Shown: positions 48,312 to 58,782, counted from the stretch's first letter. The stretch is 64,000 bases of DNA from Nanobdellota archaeon (GCA_021799535.1 JAJZAH010000003.1:58067-122066); one strand, 5' to 3'. Numbers and translations: made by a program. Notes: generated from the sequence alone by a model not told the origin.

Positions 48312-48483
48312 GCAGAAGAAAAAAAGTTTTTATTATTTAAAACTAACTGCACACACGACCTCCCGTCGCGCGCATGGGACAAATCAAAGAAAATAAATAA
48401 CAGTAAGATAAAAATAAACCAGTCCGGGAAATTCCCTATATTCACCTCAATTTACCCGGAAATTAAAGAATATAAAGGGAAAC

Positions 48484-48627
48484 TTACTTTCTCCTCTTTG
48501 ATCTCTTGGCAGCCTTCTTCTTGCCGCCTCTTGCCATCTTGGCCTCACAAACATTCCCCTTACCATCTACATAGTAAAGGTATCCTGGTTTTCTCTTAAC
48601 AGCGTTCTTTACAATTACTGTTCCCAT
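48484..48627 (-). CDS. 47-aa highly basic protein (MGTVIVKNAVKRKPGYLYYVDGKGNVCEAKMARGGKKKAAKRSKRRK)
   Basis: Translated by hand; below the ORF-track cutoff. Perfect SD GGAGGTGA and a TATA starting 29 nt upstream (48656). Confidence 0.85.
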   Translation of the reverse strand: MGTVIVKNAVKRKPGYLYYVDGKGNVCEAKMARGGKKKAAKRSKRRK

Positions 48628-48705
48628 ATCTTCACCTCCTTTTTATCAAGTATAAATTCCCACAAAGAAGGGAATTGTTTTTTCTAGTTAAATAAAACAA
48701 AACTC

Positions 48706-49062
48706 CTATTTAAATCTTTCTTTCGCCGTCGGGAATTCAAAAAAATCATATCTCTCGTTTGATGGAATTTCCAGAAGCCTTGTAAATTTCTCCGACGGCG
48801 AAACGCCAAACTCAAAGGGTTTTACAACTTTCACATCGATAATCCTCCATTTCTCATCCATCCATATTGCAGTAAATGGGAAAAAAACAAAAAACGAGTG
48901 TATCGGCATCCTCACAGGATTCCTGAATCCAAAAAGTAATGCTTTCGCATTTTTCCGACGATGGAACATAAGCCCTATACCTTCATACCACTTCGGAACC
49001 ATATAGGCTTCAATATCTATTCGTTTGCCGTTGTACTTCAAACCAATCAATTTTCTTTTCAT
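48706..49062 (-). CDS. DUF192-family protein
   Basis: GLMF, IHSFFVFFP and LLEIP motifs. Confidence 0.8.
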   Translation of the reverse strand: MKRKLIGLKYNGKRIDIEAYMVPKWYEGIGLMFHRRKNAKALLFGFRNPVRMPIHSFFVFFPFTAIWMDEKWRIIDVKVVKPFEFGVSPSEKFTRLLEIPSNERYDFFEFPTAKERFK

Positions 49063-49429
49063 TCTGAACGCAGTTTTTGTATGCATTATAACATTTTTCA
49101 ACATTCTTCTCACAAACCACGTCGTGGTTCTTGAATCCGCCACCAAAAGTTTCCGGGATATGCATAAGTTCGTGTATGACAACCTTTGTTTTTTCATCAC
49201 TGTCAAGCTTGTCAAACTTCTCCCCTAAAAATTCCAGAGCGTAGAAAGCCTCAACTCCCATGGCTTTCTGGAGTAGTTTCCCTAAAGCATGGCACCTCGC
49301 AATTGTCCCCCTCGTCGATGACCCGTAACTTCTGAAACATTTTATTCTATCAATCTTTACATGAGGAAAGATCCTTTTAGATATGTCCTCGGCAAGAATC
49401 TGGAGACTCGGTGAAAATTCATATTTCAT
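49010..49429 (-). CDS. putative zinc metallopeptidase
   Basis: VVIHELMHIP...GGFKNHD motif. Confidence 0.8.
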   Translation of the reverse strand: MKYEFSPSLQILAEDISKRIFPHVKIDRIKCFRSYGSSTRGTIARCHALGKLLQKAMGVEAFYALEFLGEKFDKLDSDEKTKVVIHELMHIPETFGGGFKNHDVVCEKNVEKCYNAYKNCVQNEKKIDWFEVQRQTNRY

Positions 49430-49920
49430 TTTAATTTAAACTCCTTAATCCACTTCTCCATCCCTTCCAAAAAATTAGATGGGTTATTTTTAGTTAACAC
49501 CAATAAGTCTTCCTCTTTGAACCACCTAATTTCCTCCACTTCTTCTTTTTGATATTGAAATTCTTTAACGTCGTTGAGAATTATATAAAACCATTGGGTA
49601 AAATGTTGATATTTATTTTTTACAAATTCTTTTCTTAATTTTAAAGGATTAACATTAATCAAACCCAGCTCTTCCCGAGATTCCTTTATGATGTTTAATT
49701 TATAGGTTTCCCCGTCGGCATTTGTCCCTGCAACGGCAGGTCCCCATTTGCCAGAATTGTGTTTTTTGGTCAAAGACCTTCTTGCGAGAAGGATCTCTCC
49801 TTTTTTATTTTCTATCCACAATGCAGAGACGCGATAAATATCTGTTCTGCAATTTGATTTATACCTGTCCTTGCACCCGATTACTTTGTCTTTATCATTA
49901 ACAATTACTATTTTTTCCAT
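49426..49920 (-). CDS. NUDIX hydrolase (IDI-like)
   Basis: AVAG...GETY...KESREELG and EEVE motifs. Confidence 0.85.
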   Translation of the reverse strand: MEKIVIVNDKDKVIGCKDRYKSNCRTDIYRVSALWIENKKGEILLARRSLTKKHNSGKWGPAVAGTNADGETYKLNIIKESREELGLINVNPLKLRKEFVKNKYQHFTQWFYIILNDVKEFQYQKEEVEEIRWFKEEDLLVLTKNNPSNFLEGMEKWIKEFKLK

Positions 49921-49921
49921 T

Positions 49922-50290
49922 TTAATTCTTCTCCGAAAATTCCCAAAAATTTAATTTGCCTAGAACCTGCGGACCGTCAATCCTACGGGCATTTTTAAGG
50001 ATGAATCCATATCTCCCCCATGATGAATCAGCCAGATGCTTCAATCTATCCGCAGCATGCTCTTTTTCATCTCTGTATGTTTTTATATCAACAAGCTCGG
50101 CCTCACCCACTATTTTTCCTACGGGCAAGGCAGAAAAACCAAATTTTTTCATTGATTTCAGATCTTGGATCTTCGATGCATGGACCAAAAAATTCCCCCT
50201 GAATTTTGTAGTCCAATTTCTCAGCTCTATCGTTTTCCTACCAGAAACGACAAGTTCCGCAAAAGGTTGCTTTAATGAAAGGGTTTTCAT
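49922..50290 (-). CDS. ASCH-domain protein
   Basis: LSLKQPFA...GRKTIELRNW...LVHAS motif. Confidence 0.9.
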   Translation of the reverse strand: MKTLSLKQPFAELVVSGRKTIELRNWTTKFRGNFLVHASKIQDLKSMKKFGFSALPVGKIVGEAELVDIKTYRDEKEHAADRLKHLADSSWGRYGFILKNARRIDGPQVLGKLNFWEFSEKN

Positions 50291-50320
50291 GGTTTATGAA
50301 AATAAGTTTGATTAATAAAA

Positions 50321-50533
50321 TTAATCCTGAACTTGTACAAACTTTATTTTTGAACTGAAACCTGAAATGATTTTACATTTAGACCCAAAACATCTGCTCA
50401 GAGTCTTCTCAAGATGTTTATTTGCTTTTCCACCCACAGGCTTTTCTTTTATCCAAACCTCAAATTCGCCGTCGGAAATTTTTGCAACTCTCTCAATGGA
50501 AGAATTTACATGAACCTTGAGTTTTATCTTCAT
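50321..50533 (-). CDS. DUF167 (YggU-like) protein
   Basis: KPVGGKAN and IISGFSSKIK motifs. Confidence 0.85.
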   Translation of the reverse strand: MKIKLKVHVNSSIERVAKISDGEFEVWIKEKPVGGKANKHLEKTLSRCFGSKCKIISGFSSKIKFVQVQD

Positions 50534-50991
50534 TATCTATTCTGGGGTCTCTTGTACCTCCTGCCAAGGGCTTTGTAAATTTCATGCTCAGTTCTCCCTG
50601 CAATTTCTTTCCCGTTTTTGAAAAGCCCATGCTGGGTCAACTTCATACCTTTCCTTTTAGCGACGAGACGCAGACCAATATTGGATCCCTTCTTACCGGA
50701 GTAAGCGATAAGTTCAGCCCCCCATTCGTCTTTTGTAGTATAATATAATTCCACTTTCACTCCATCAATCTTCCAGGTGGATTCATGTTCCCCGCCCCCT
50801 ATGAACTCCCCTTTAGTTGCCATGAATCCTTCAAGGCTTAGTTTATCTTTAGGGATCAGGACCATGTCAATATCCCCTGGATCCTCAGAATGACGACGTA
50901 TGCTTCCCGCAACCTCGACTCTCTTACAAAAAGGCTTCAGTTCCCCTTCAAGCTTCCTCGCGAGACTTAAAACTTTTTCACCCCTTTCCAC
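50533..50991 (-). CDS. minimal family X DNA polymerase (palm + thumb only)
   Basis: VAGSIRR, GDID, AKRKGMKLTQHGL and TEHEIYKALG...P..R motifs. GTG start 29 nt from TATA (51020). Confidence 0.85.
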   Translation of the reverse strand: MERGEKVLSLARKLEGELKPFCKRVEVAGSIRRHSEDPGDIDMVLIPKDKLSLEGFMATKGEFIGGGEHESTWKIDGVKVELYYTTKDEWGAELIAYSGKKGSNIGLRLVAKRKGMKLTQHGLFKNGKEIAGRTEHEIYKALGRRYKRPQNR

Positions 50992-51025
50992 ACCAAAGCA
51001 ACGGAAAGTGAAAATATAAAATTAT

Positions 51026-51502
51026 CTAAATTATAACAATTTTGTTCTTCAGACTGCTTATATACTTCCGGAAATCTTCACCGCTTAATTCAAGAGTCTC
51101 TGTATTGTCGTTCGGATGGAAGCCAACTTTATCACCGTCCCAGATAGCCTTTTCTATGAGTACAATTACCTTTGAAGCGTTCTCATTCATAAGGGAAAAA
51201 GGTCCAACGGCTCCTGGATAAATATTCAAGATTCTTGCCAAATCCTCTTTGCTTGCAAAAGTAAGCTTCTCATGCAAGCCAGATTCAAGATATTTCAGGT
51301 CTAATCTCTTGTCTGCAAGCATTATTACCATGTAGAAGTTCCTAGATTTTTTCCCTTTTATGAAAAGGCTCTTACAATGCATAAAATCAAGATCCCCCTC
51401 GTACCTGCTGGCTTCCTCGACTGTATAAACTGCGGGATGCTTGTGTTCTATAAAGTCTATCCCGGATTTTTTGAGATAAAACTTAAGTTCGTCCTTGTCC
51501 AT
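51026..51502 (-). CDS. YbaK/ProX-family aminoacyl-tRNA deacylase
   Basis: HPAVYTVEEA, CKSLF, PGAVGPF and FHPNDN motifs. Confidence 0.9.
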   Translation of the reverse strand: MDKDELKFYLKKSGIDFIEHKHPAVYTVEEASRYEGDLDFMHCKSLFIKGKKSRNFYMVIMLADKRLDLKYLESGLHEKLTFASKEDLARILNIYPGAVGPFSLMNENASKVIVLIEKAIWDGDKVGFHPNDNTETLELSGEDFRKYISSLKNKIVII

Positions 51503-51503
51503 C

Positions 51504-52688
51504 TTATCTAGTCACAATCTCCAGAGCATCACGGGGTTTAAGTTTGTAATCTTTTCCAAGCGCCATCTTAGTCTTGGCATTAATAGCTTTTATGAAGTTC
51601 TTCCCGAAATCGGTGTGAAGGAAATAGGCAAAATCAAGCGCTGTTGATCCCGGAGGGAGCAAAAAGCAATCAGGGAGTATATTCCCTTTGCTGTCACCCA
51701 ATTTCGTTGCACCTGCAGGGAATATGGGAAGATATCCGAGAAGGTCAAAAACGGCGGTGTTCAAAATCTTTTGAACTCCCGTCCCATCTGGAAATTTCTC
51801 CAGCACATTCGTTTTTATCCTGCTTAGAGCCTCACTCTGTCTTTGGTTCAGTTCTTTCAGGATTTTGAAATACTTTTCTCCCGGGATGTAATCGATAAAT
51901 CCGGCTTTTGCGGCTTGGCGGAGTGCGAGTTCTGAATCCGCTGAGCACGGAATGACTAGGAGGTGAGGAAACATAACTTTTATCCTTTCAAGATTTTCTT
52001 CGCCTTTTTCGAGGTCCATTTTATTAGCTGCAAGTATCATTGGTTTGGAAATTCTCCTGAGCTCCGATGCAAACCTCTTCAGATCATTGTCACTCCATTC
52101 ACTTCCTTTTTCATTGAATTTATTTTTTAGCAAGACTTCCTTGATCTGCTCTTCATCAACTTTCAGCCCCGAAAATTGCTTCGCAACGGCCTCTGCAAAA
52201 TTTATATGTTCCATTTCGGTTTTCCTTGAAAAAGTCTTCCAGACTTTCATGAGGATATTGAAATACCAGAGATTAAGCTCTTCTTCAAGGAAGTTTATAT
52301 CTTCAATAGGATCATGATTTTTTGAAGGCTTTCCTTCAATGTCGGTCTCGCCAGAAACGTCAACTATGTGTATAAAAGCATCTGCTTGTCGCAGATCGTC
52401 CAAGAATTTATTTCCGAGACCTTTGCCTTCAGATGCCCCGGGAACAAGCCCTGCAACATCCATCAAATCTATTGGTACAAACCTATTTCCATTTATGCAA
52501 AATCCGTGATTCGGATTGCACTTCACCCCAAACTCCTTTTCTATACAATCCACCTTTACATAACCTACACCGTGGTTTGCTTTTATCGTCGTAAAGGGGT
52601 AAGAAGCTATCTCTACTTCCGCTAGTGTCGCCGCTTTGAAAAAAGTTGACTTCCCGACAGAAGGCTTTCCTACAAGTCCTATTAGCAT
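51504..52688 (-). CDS. ychF: archaeal YchF/Obg-family ATPase
   Basis: GKPSVGKST, YPFTTI, DVAGLVPG and NKMD motifs plus a TGS domain. Confidence 0.93.
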   Translation of the reverse strand: MLIGLVGKPSVGKSTFFKAATLAEVEIASYPFTTIKANHGVGYVKVDCIEKEFGVKCNPNHGFCINGNRFVPIDLMDVAGLVPGASEGKGLGNKFLDDLRQADAFIHIVDVSGETDIEGKPSKNHDPIEDINFLEEELNLWYFNILMKVWKTFSRKTEMEHINFAEAVAKQFSGLKVDEEQIKEVLLKNKFNEKGSEWSDNDLKRFASELRRISKPMILAANKMDLEKGEENLERIKVMFPHLLVIPCSADSELALRQAAKAGFIDYIPGEKYFKILKELNQRQSEALSRIKTNVLEKFPDGTGVQKILNTAVFDLLGYLPIFPAGATKLGDSKGNILPDCFLLPPGSTALDFAYFLHTDFGKNFIKAINAKTKMALGKDYKLKPRDALEIVTR

Positions 52689-52792
52689 GGTAAAAAAATA
52701 ACCGGCTAGTTTATATTTGTTTTTATAAAACCATTGCTTCTTAAAGAAAATGTGAGATTTTAGAGTTTTAGCAAGTATAGATGAAAAACAAA

Positions 52793-52813
52793 ACGGGGCC
52801 TTAACGGCCCCGT
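52793..52813 (-). terminator. GC-rich hairpin with T tract downstream of tRNA-Tyr
   Basis: ACGGGGCC-N5-GGCCCCGT followed on the minus strand by TTGTTTTT. Confidence 0.6.
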
Positions 52814-52819
52814 AAATCA

Positions 52820-52962
52820 TCCGCCCACCCAGACTCGAACTGGGGATCTCTCGGGCACTGCTTAAGATCATGGCTTTTAGGGCTTCATCCAGTTTCCTTA
52901 ACGGAATGTCCACCTTAGTTCTAAACTACAGCCAAGCGCTCTAACCACTGAGCTATGGGCGG
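52820..52962 (-). tRNA. tRNA-Tyr(GTA) with 70-nt intron (52856..52925)
   Basis: Acceptor CCGCCCA/TGGGCGG (C1:G72, archaeal type); anticodon arm CTTGG-CTGTAG/C-CCGAG; BHB helix CUGU:GCAG. Confidence 0.92.
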
Positions 52963-53012
52963 TTATGAAAATTTTAGTCAAAATTTGTTTTTAAAAGTTT
53001 GGTTACAGAAAA

Positions 53013-54386
53013 TTATTCACTTTCATGTTCGCTAGCGAGGAAGAATGCCTCGTTTGAATAAACTTCCTTTGGTTTTCCTTCCTTCGTGAAAGTGGCATAA
53101 GTCGCAGGAAGCGCAAACCTTCCCAAGACCCCCACCCTTGAATAAATTATATAAGAGAACGTTCTTCTTTCGCCTGCTTCAAGATTTCCGAGCTCCCACT
53201 CAAAAACCTTCTTTGTTTTATTGAACCTCTTTGGTATAACCCCGCCAAATTTCTCATAAATTTTTACAAGAGGGGGCAACCTATCAAAAACTTTCACATT
53301 TTCGACGAATTTTCTTGCCTCAACGTTTACCATTATTTTCAGTGCGAATTCTCCGCCTTTTGCATTTATGAAAACCACCCTTTTCCTTAATATAAGGTCA
53401 GTCCTAGAATATTTACCTGCAAAGACAACCACAAGGACAGCTAGTATGATCACAGCAAGAGGGATGATCCAATTAGTTGTCACATCAACTTCATAGGACT
53501 CTCCGGGATTCAATTGTCTGTTCCATGTGTAAAAAATATTAAAGCCAGTCCTATTGACTAAATCGGGGGTCTGCGAAAAACTTGTAAAAAGTCTTGAGAT
53601 TATATTTTTCTCAACAGTTATCTGGGCATTGCCCGCGACATTTCCATTGTTAGATTCTTTTATTAAAGTAGTCTGAATTATGAGACCATACTGATTCCTG
53701 CTTTCGTTTATTATGTTCTTTTCCGTAAAGTCAATAGACTCACTTATATTAGCCAAAACCCCACCTACTCCGAGATTTGCGCTAATAGTATAAAATCCTG
53801 AGGTAAGCTTCGCAAAATCACTTTTCTGGAGAGTTATCGTGAAAGTTTTCTTCTCATAAGGCGCAAGATTGACTACCCTACTTGAAGTAAAGAAGGGGGA
53901 GGTAAAGTTTATGCTTAAATTCTGGAAGTTGAAATTCACATTATTATCTAAGTATATCTGGACTGAATTTGAGTCAGGGTTTATTGAGTCAGAGCCCAAT
54001 GAAAAAGCATCCCCCAAATCAATTATTTTCGTAGTCAGACTCTCTTCAACTTTTGACCTGTCCATGCCTTCTATATAATAATTAAATGTCACGTAACCCT
54101 TTATGCCGAGATCTGTCCTTGGTGAGATATACAAATCAACTTCTTTGGATTCTCCGGAGTTTATTGCTATGGGCGTGGCGGGGGTTATTCCTGTCCCGAA
54201 AAAAGTGTAAAAGGAAAGGTTGTCCGAAGGACCTTTGTTTGTGACATTAAGTCTGAAGACAGCCGGCTCATTCAGCCCTGCAACCATTATTTCATTAGAA
54301 CTTAATTTTTGCACGTTAAGACTCAGCGCAAGAATGGGCTGAACCAGAAACAATCCAAGAATTATGAGCAAATACCACTTTTTCAT
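53013..54386 (-). CDS. secreted/membrane protein with Ig-like beta domains
   Basis: Signal peptide MKKWYLL, beta-rich body, TM helix and cytoplasmic domain. Confidence 0.7.
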   Translation of the reverse strand: MKKWYLLIILGLFLVQPILALSLNVQKLSSNEIMVAGLNEPAVFRLNVTNKGPSDNLSFYTFFGTGITPATPIAINSGESKEVDLYISPRTDLGIKGYVTFNYYIEGMDRSKVEESLTTKIIDLGDAFSLGSDSINPDSNSVQIYLDNNVNFNFQNLSINFTSPFFTSSRVVNLAPYEKKTFTITLQKSDFAKLTSGFYTISANLGVGGVLANISESIDFTEKNIINESRNQYGLIIQTTLIKESNNGNVAGNAQITVEKNIISRLFTSFSQTPDLVNRTGFNIFYTWNRQLNPGESYEVDVTTNWIIPLAVIILAVLVVVFAGKYSRTDLILRKRVVFINAKGGEFALKIMVNVEARKFVENVKVFDRLPPLVKIYEKFGGVIPKRFNKTKKVFEWELGNLEAGERRTFSYIIYSRVGVLGRFALPATYATFTKEGKPKEVYSNEAFFLASEHESE

Positions 54387-54451
54387 ACAAGGAATCATCA
54401 GAATTTGTATATAAACATTTCTATACCAGTCTAAGAATCGGAATTTTCACC

Positions 54452-54958
54452 TTATTTATCAGCACTTTCCAAATCTAAAAAAGCTTTAGCCTGGCTAAGA
54501 AAGCCATCTGCGAGTCCGGAAAGCTTGTCTTCAAACTCAGTGACCCTCTGAGAGATTATCCATTTTTCGTATATCCCTCTCCAAACTTTCATCTTGCTTG
54601 AAGTTTCAAACTTTCCTTCATAATCTCTGATTAAGTTGGCTGATGCTTTTATTGTCACGCTTCCCTGGTTCGTCTTGACCTTTGCCCCTCCCTGATTAAT
54701 TTCAACTTCCGAAAGCTTCTTGACATCAAAGCTAGCCTTAACTTCAAACTCGAAATAATCAGTCACCTTCCTTGTTCCTTTCCAGCTAAACTTTATGTCT
54801 TTTGTCGGACCTGATATTTTTTCTGAGTATTCCCCCTCTTCCACGGACAATCCAGCTTCTTCCGAAAGCCAGTTATAGCAGAATTTATAAAGATCCTTAA
54901 AGCTGAACACTCCGTCGTAAGAAATCTTACTCGAATACACCTCATCTGACTCTGACAT
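54452..54958 (-). CDS. hypothetical protein
   Basis: 168-aa ORF (MSESDEVY) with typical codon style. Confidence 0.7.
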   Translation of the reverse strand: MSESDEVYSSKISYDGVFSFKDLYKFCYNWLSEEAGLSVEEGEYSEKISGPTKDIKFSWKGTRKVTDYFEFEVKASFDVKKLSEVEINQGGAKVKTNQGSVTIKASANLIRDYEGKFETSSKMKVWRGIYEKWIISQRVTEFEDKLSGLADGFLSQAKAFLDLESADK

Positions 54959-55034
54959 GTTTTTATAATGAATTTTTATTTTAAATACTTTCTGGCGCAA
55001 TAATCTTTAAATAATTCATGGAAGTCAATTTTTT

Positions 55035-56651
55035 ATGGATAAAAAGGTCGATTTTATGCCTGAAAATACAGAAAGGTTCATGGGAAAAGACGCCCAAAGG
55101 AACAACATACTTGCTGCAAAGCTCGTTTCAGAAGTTGTAAAGACTACACTCGGACCACGCGGCATGGACAAAATGCTTGTTTCACCTACAAACGATATAA
55201 TAGTTACAAATGACGGCGTGACAATACTTTCTGAGATGCAGATAGAACATCCGGCGGCAAAAATGATGGTTGAAATCGCCAAAACCCAGGAAAAAGAAGT
55301 CGGTGACGGGACGACTACCGCAGTTATGATTGCGGGAAAACTCCTTGAGAATGCAGAAAAACTCCTCGATAAGAAAATCCATCCCACAGTCATTGTGAAA
55401 GGTTATAGGATGGCACAGGAAAAAGCACAGGAAATATTAAAAGAGATTTCACTTAAAATAGTCCCCTCAAACACAGAAGTCCTTAAAGAGATTGCTATGA
55501 CTGCCATGACGGGGAAAGGCGCTGAAGATGAAAAAGAATTCTTTTCCGGCATGCTCGTGGATGCTGTAAAAGCCGCTGGAGTCACAAGAAATTCCGATAT
55601 AAATGACATAAAGATAGAAAAAGTCGTCGGCGAAGGGATAAGAAACACCGAGCTCATCAAAGGGATAATGATTGACAAAGACAGAATATCAATTGACATG
55701 CCAAAAAAGGTCACCAATGCTAAGATACTCCTCATTGATTTCCCGCTTGAGGTAAAAAGCCCTGAAATAGACACTAAAATTTCTATATCCAGCCATGATG
55801 AGCTGCAGAATTTTCTCGATGAAGAAGAGAAGTCAATAAAGGGAATGGTGCAAAAGATCCTTGCTACGGGAGCAAATGTTTTATTCTGCCAAAAAGGTGT
55901 TGACGACTTTGCAAGATACTTACTCTCGAAATCCGGAGTTTACACATGTAGAAGAGTGGCTAAATCCGACATGGATAGGATATCGAAAGCTACACTGACA
56001 AAAATAGTCTCAAATATAAATGAGATAATTTCTGTGACATTAGGGGCTTCAGAAGTGGTCGAAGAGATAAAGGAAAGCGGCGAAAACATGACTTATATAA
56101 GCGGATGCAAGAATTCCAAAGCAGCCACGATTCTTGTCCACGGAGGAACAATACATGTGGTTGACGAGGTCGAAAGAGCACTGCTTGACGGACTGGGGGA
56201 TATAGCAAGTGCGCTTGAGACAGAACTTGTCGTCCCAGGGGGCGGAGCTATAGAGATGGAAGTCTCAAAAAGGTTAAAAGAGTACAGTCAGAAATTATCC
56301 GGCCGCGAAAGGCTCGCAGTTGAAGAATATGCTGACGCGCTGGAGTTCATTCCAACAACCCTTGCTGAAAACGCTGGGATGGACCCGATTGATGTGCTGA
56401 CGGAACTAAGGTCAAAGCACGACTCTGGGAATATGAGCGCGGGACTCAATCTGTTCACTAATAAAGTCGAAAATATGATAAGCTCAAAGATCATAGAACC
56501 GGCGAAGATAAAAGTTCAGGCGATAAATTCCGCGACAGATGTCGCAGCAATGATCCTGAGAATAGACGATATAATCCTCTCAAAATCTTCAAAAAAAGGA
56601 AAGATGAATGACCTTGGAAGCCTTCCCGGATATATGGAGAGCCTAAGTTGA
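55035..56651 (+). CDS. ths: thermosome (group II chaperonin) subunit
   Basis: [31 protein letters not shown] and ILRIDD motifs. Confidence 0.96.
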   Translation: MDKKVDFMPENTERFMGKDAQRNNILAAKLVSEVVKTTLGPRGMDKMLVSPTNDIIVTNDGVTILSEMQIEHPAAKMMVEIAKTQEKEVGDGTTTAVMIAGKLLENAEKLLDKKIHPTVIVKGYRMAQEKAQEILKEISLKIVPSNTEVLKEIAMTAMTGKGAEDEKEFFSGMLVDAVKAAGVTRNSDINDIKIEKVVGEGIRNTELIKGIMIDKDRISIDMPKKVTNAKILLIDFPLEVKSPEIDTKISISSHDELQNFLDEEEKSIKGMVQKILATGANVLFCQKGVDDFARYLLSKSGVYTCRRVAKSDMDRISKATLTKIVSNINEIISVTLGASEVVEEIKESGENMTYISGCKNSKAATILVHGGTIHVVDEVERALLDGLGDIASALETELVVPGGGAIEMEVSKRLKEYSQKLSGRERLAVEEYADALEFIPTTLAENAGMDPIDVLTELRSKHDSGNMSAGLNLFTNKVENMISSKIIEPAKIKVQAINSATDVAAMILRIDDIILSKSSKKGKMNDLGSLPGYMESLS

Positions 56652-57097
56652 AAGCTGACTATGAGGTGAAAGAACTGACACCGGAGGATTTTATTCTTTA
56701 CAATGAATCATTTTATCGGACACTTGAAAATCTAAGAGAAAGCCCTGTTCTCGGTATGAAAGAATCAAAATATTTACTCGAAAAAATAAATGCACAAGAT
56801 AGTCATATATTTGTTGCAATAAAAGATAAAGAGGGCATAATAGGAACAGCAAAAATCATAATAGAACAGAAATTTTTCGACGGAGGAAAAAAAGCAAGTC
56901 ACATTGAGGATGTCGTGACAAGAAAAGGGTTTGATGGAATAGGTATTGCAGGGATTCTTGTCAATGAAGCAATCGAATTTTCAAAAAGAGAAAAATGTTA
57001 TAAAGTAATACTTGACTGCGACGAAAAACTTCTTAATTTCTATGAAAAATTCGGCTTCGAGAAATCTGGTGAGTTCATGAGAATGTACCTGAAATAA
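56648..57097 (+). CDS. GNAT acetyltransferase (glucosamine-6-phosphate acetyltransferase-like)
   Basis: IIEQKF, HIEDVV, CYKVILDC and FYEKFGF motifs. Confidence 0.88.
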   Translation: MKADYEVKELTPEDFILYNESFYRTLENLRESPVLGMKESKYLLEKINAQDSHIFVAIKDKEGIIGTAKIIIEQKFFDGGKKASHIEDVVTRKGFDGIGIAGILVNEAIEFSKREKCYKVILDCDEKLLNFYEKFGFEKSGEFMRMYLK

Positions 57098-57101
57098 GCA
57101 T

Positions 57102-57386
57102 TCAACCTTTTGGGAGCCTTGTCTGCGCGGCAAATGCCTCAAATCTCTCAAGGTCACGATTGCCCACGGATTCATTTTTAATTTTATCAAAAAGGATTTG
57201 CACTTCAAGGGAATATCCCCAGCCCGAATGGATATTATCCACCAACTCGTATTTTAATGTATCAACATAGCACTTCATAGTATGAATGCCTGCAAGTGCA
57301 GATCCGTAGTCCCGGTTTAAAACCCCCGGTTTAACCTCAGAGAAATATATTTCATTAAGACTCAAAACGAGTTTATGCAGGTCCAT
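57102..57386 (-). CDS. hypothetical protein
   Basis: 94-aa ORF overlapping the upstream ORF. Confidence 0.5.
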   Translation of the reverse strand: MDLHKLVLSLNEIYFSEVKPGVLNRDYGSALAGIHTMKCYVDTLKYELVDNIHSGWGYSLEVQILFDKIKNESVGNRDLERFEAFAAQTRLPKG

Positions 57387-57615
57387 TTTTATTTATTTTT
57401 ATTTCCTCAACGAAACCCTCAGGATAATTAATCGTCCTTCTTTCAACAACAACTTTTCCATTGCCTTGCTCTTTATAAAGAACAATTTCTCCAGGGGAAT
57501 AGCTTTTTGTAATCCCAATTTCAAGATCTCTTCTTATCATACCAAGCTTAAGCCCTTTAACTCCTTTTCCCTCCAATTCTTTAAGCTCATTCAATTTTAC
57601 GCTTATATCTATCAT
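57373..57615 (-). CDS. hypothetical protein
   Basis: 80-aa ORF starting MIDISV with TATA-like sequence upstream. Confidence 0.5.
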   Translation of the reverse strand: MIDISVKLNELKELEGKGVKGLKLGMIRRDLEIGITKSYSPGEIVLYKEQGNGKVVVERRTINYPEGFVEEIKINKNGPA

Positions 57616-57675
57616 AAACCCTCGATTTGCCGGAAGCTTATAAGGATTTATATAGTGACATCGATTCCCAAAAAA

Positions 57676-58782
57676 ATGCATTATCACATCATACTCACCG
57701 AAACATGCAACTTAAAATGCAAGTACTGCTATGAAAAATCCATGCAGGAATTTGATAACGGCCTTGGAGAAAAGTGGGATTATGACGAAAGCACACCCTT
57801 TGATTCGACAATCCCTTTGGGAAAACTAAAATCTTTTTTGAAGCCGGACGACACGCTTATTTTCTACGGCGGGGAGCCTTTTGTTAAGTCTGACAGGATA
57901 AAAGAAATAATCGATAATGTAAACTGCAAATTCGCGATACAAACAAACGGCGTTCTTCTTAAAAGGCTTCCAATAAATTATATTAAGAAAATTGACAAAA
58001 TGCTTATTTCAATAGATGGTGACAAGGCAAGGACAGACTCAAACAGGGGAAATGGTGTTTATGATTTGGTCATCAAAAATTTAAGAGAACTCCGTTCATC
58101 AGGGTATACGGGAGAAATTGTTGCAAGGATGACTGTTTCAGCCCCAGACCTCTTTGAACAGGTAAGGTACCTGGCAGACCTTATAGACCAAGGAATTTTC
58201 AGTTCAATTCATTGGCAAATTGACGCTGGTTTTTACAAGTTCGATTTCGACGAAGAAAAATTCAAGAAATTTGTGAGCATGTACAATAGTAGCATAGACA
58301 AACTTCTTAGGTGGTGGGTTGAAAAAATCCGCGACGGAAAAGTATACAGGCTTTACCCGTTTATAGGCATCCTAAACAGACTGGCCGGAAGAGACTTTGA
58401 AACTGGGCTTCCATGCGGTTCAGGTTATAGAAATTTCACTTTCAACACCTTAGGGAAGCTTTCAGCATGCCCTATAATGAATTCCGTCAAAAATTTTTAT
58501 TGCGGCTCAATTGATGAAGGAATAAAAAAAGATATCCATGTGACTGACGAGAAATGCACAAAATGTAATTACTTCAAAATATGCGGGGGGCGATGCCTTT
58601 ACTGGCGCGACGCAAAACTCTGGCCTCCCGAAGGAGACGAAGCGATATGCACAACAATAAAATTTCTGATTGGTTCAATTTCACAGCATTCAAAAGAGAT
58701 TGCCAAGCTTGAAGGAGAAGGAGTTGTAAGATGGGAAGATTTCGATTATGAAAAATATTTTGGCCCGGAAATCATTCCTTAA
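57676..58782 (+). CDS. radical SAM/SPASM protein (AF0577/TIGR04084-like)
   Basis: CNLKCKYC, FYGGEP, QTNG, ARMT, CGSG, ACP and CxxC..CGGRCL motifs. Confidence 0.85.
   Translation: MHYHIILTETCNLKCKYCYEKSMQEFDNGLGEKWDYDESTPFDSTIPLGKLKSFLKPDDTLIFYGGEPFVKSDRIKEIIDNVNCKFAIQTNGVLLKRLPINYIKKIDKMLISIDGDKARTDSNRGNGVYDLVIKNLRELRSSGYTGEIVARMTVSAPDLFEQVRYLADLIDQGIFSSIHWQIDAGFYKFDFDEEKFKKFVSMYNSSIDKLLRWWVEKIRDGKVYRLYPFIGILNRLAGRDFETGLPCGSGYRNFTFNTLGKLSACPIMNSVKNFYCGSIDEGIKKDIHVTDEKCTKCNYFKICGGRCLYWRDAKLWPPEGDEAICTTIKFLIGSISQHSKEIAKLEGEGVVRWEDFDYEKYFGPEIIP

Noticed and set aside
52689-52913. N-terminal extension of the YchF ORF
   Set aside because: It runs through tRNA-Tyr and its terminator. The real start is MLIGLV at 52688.
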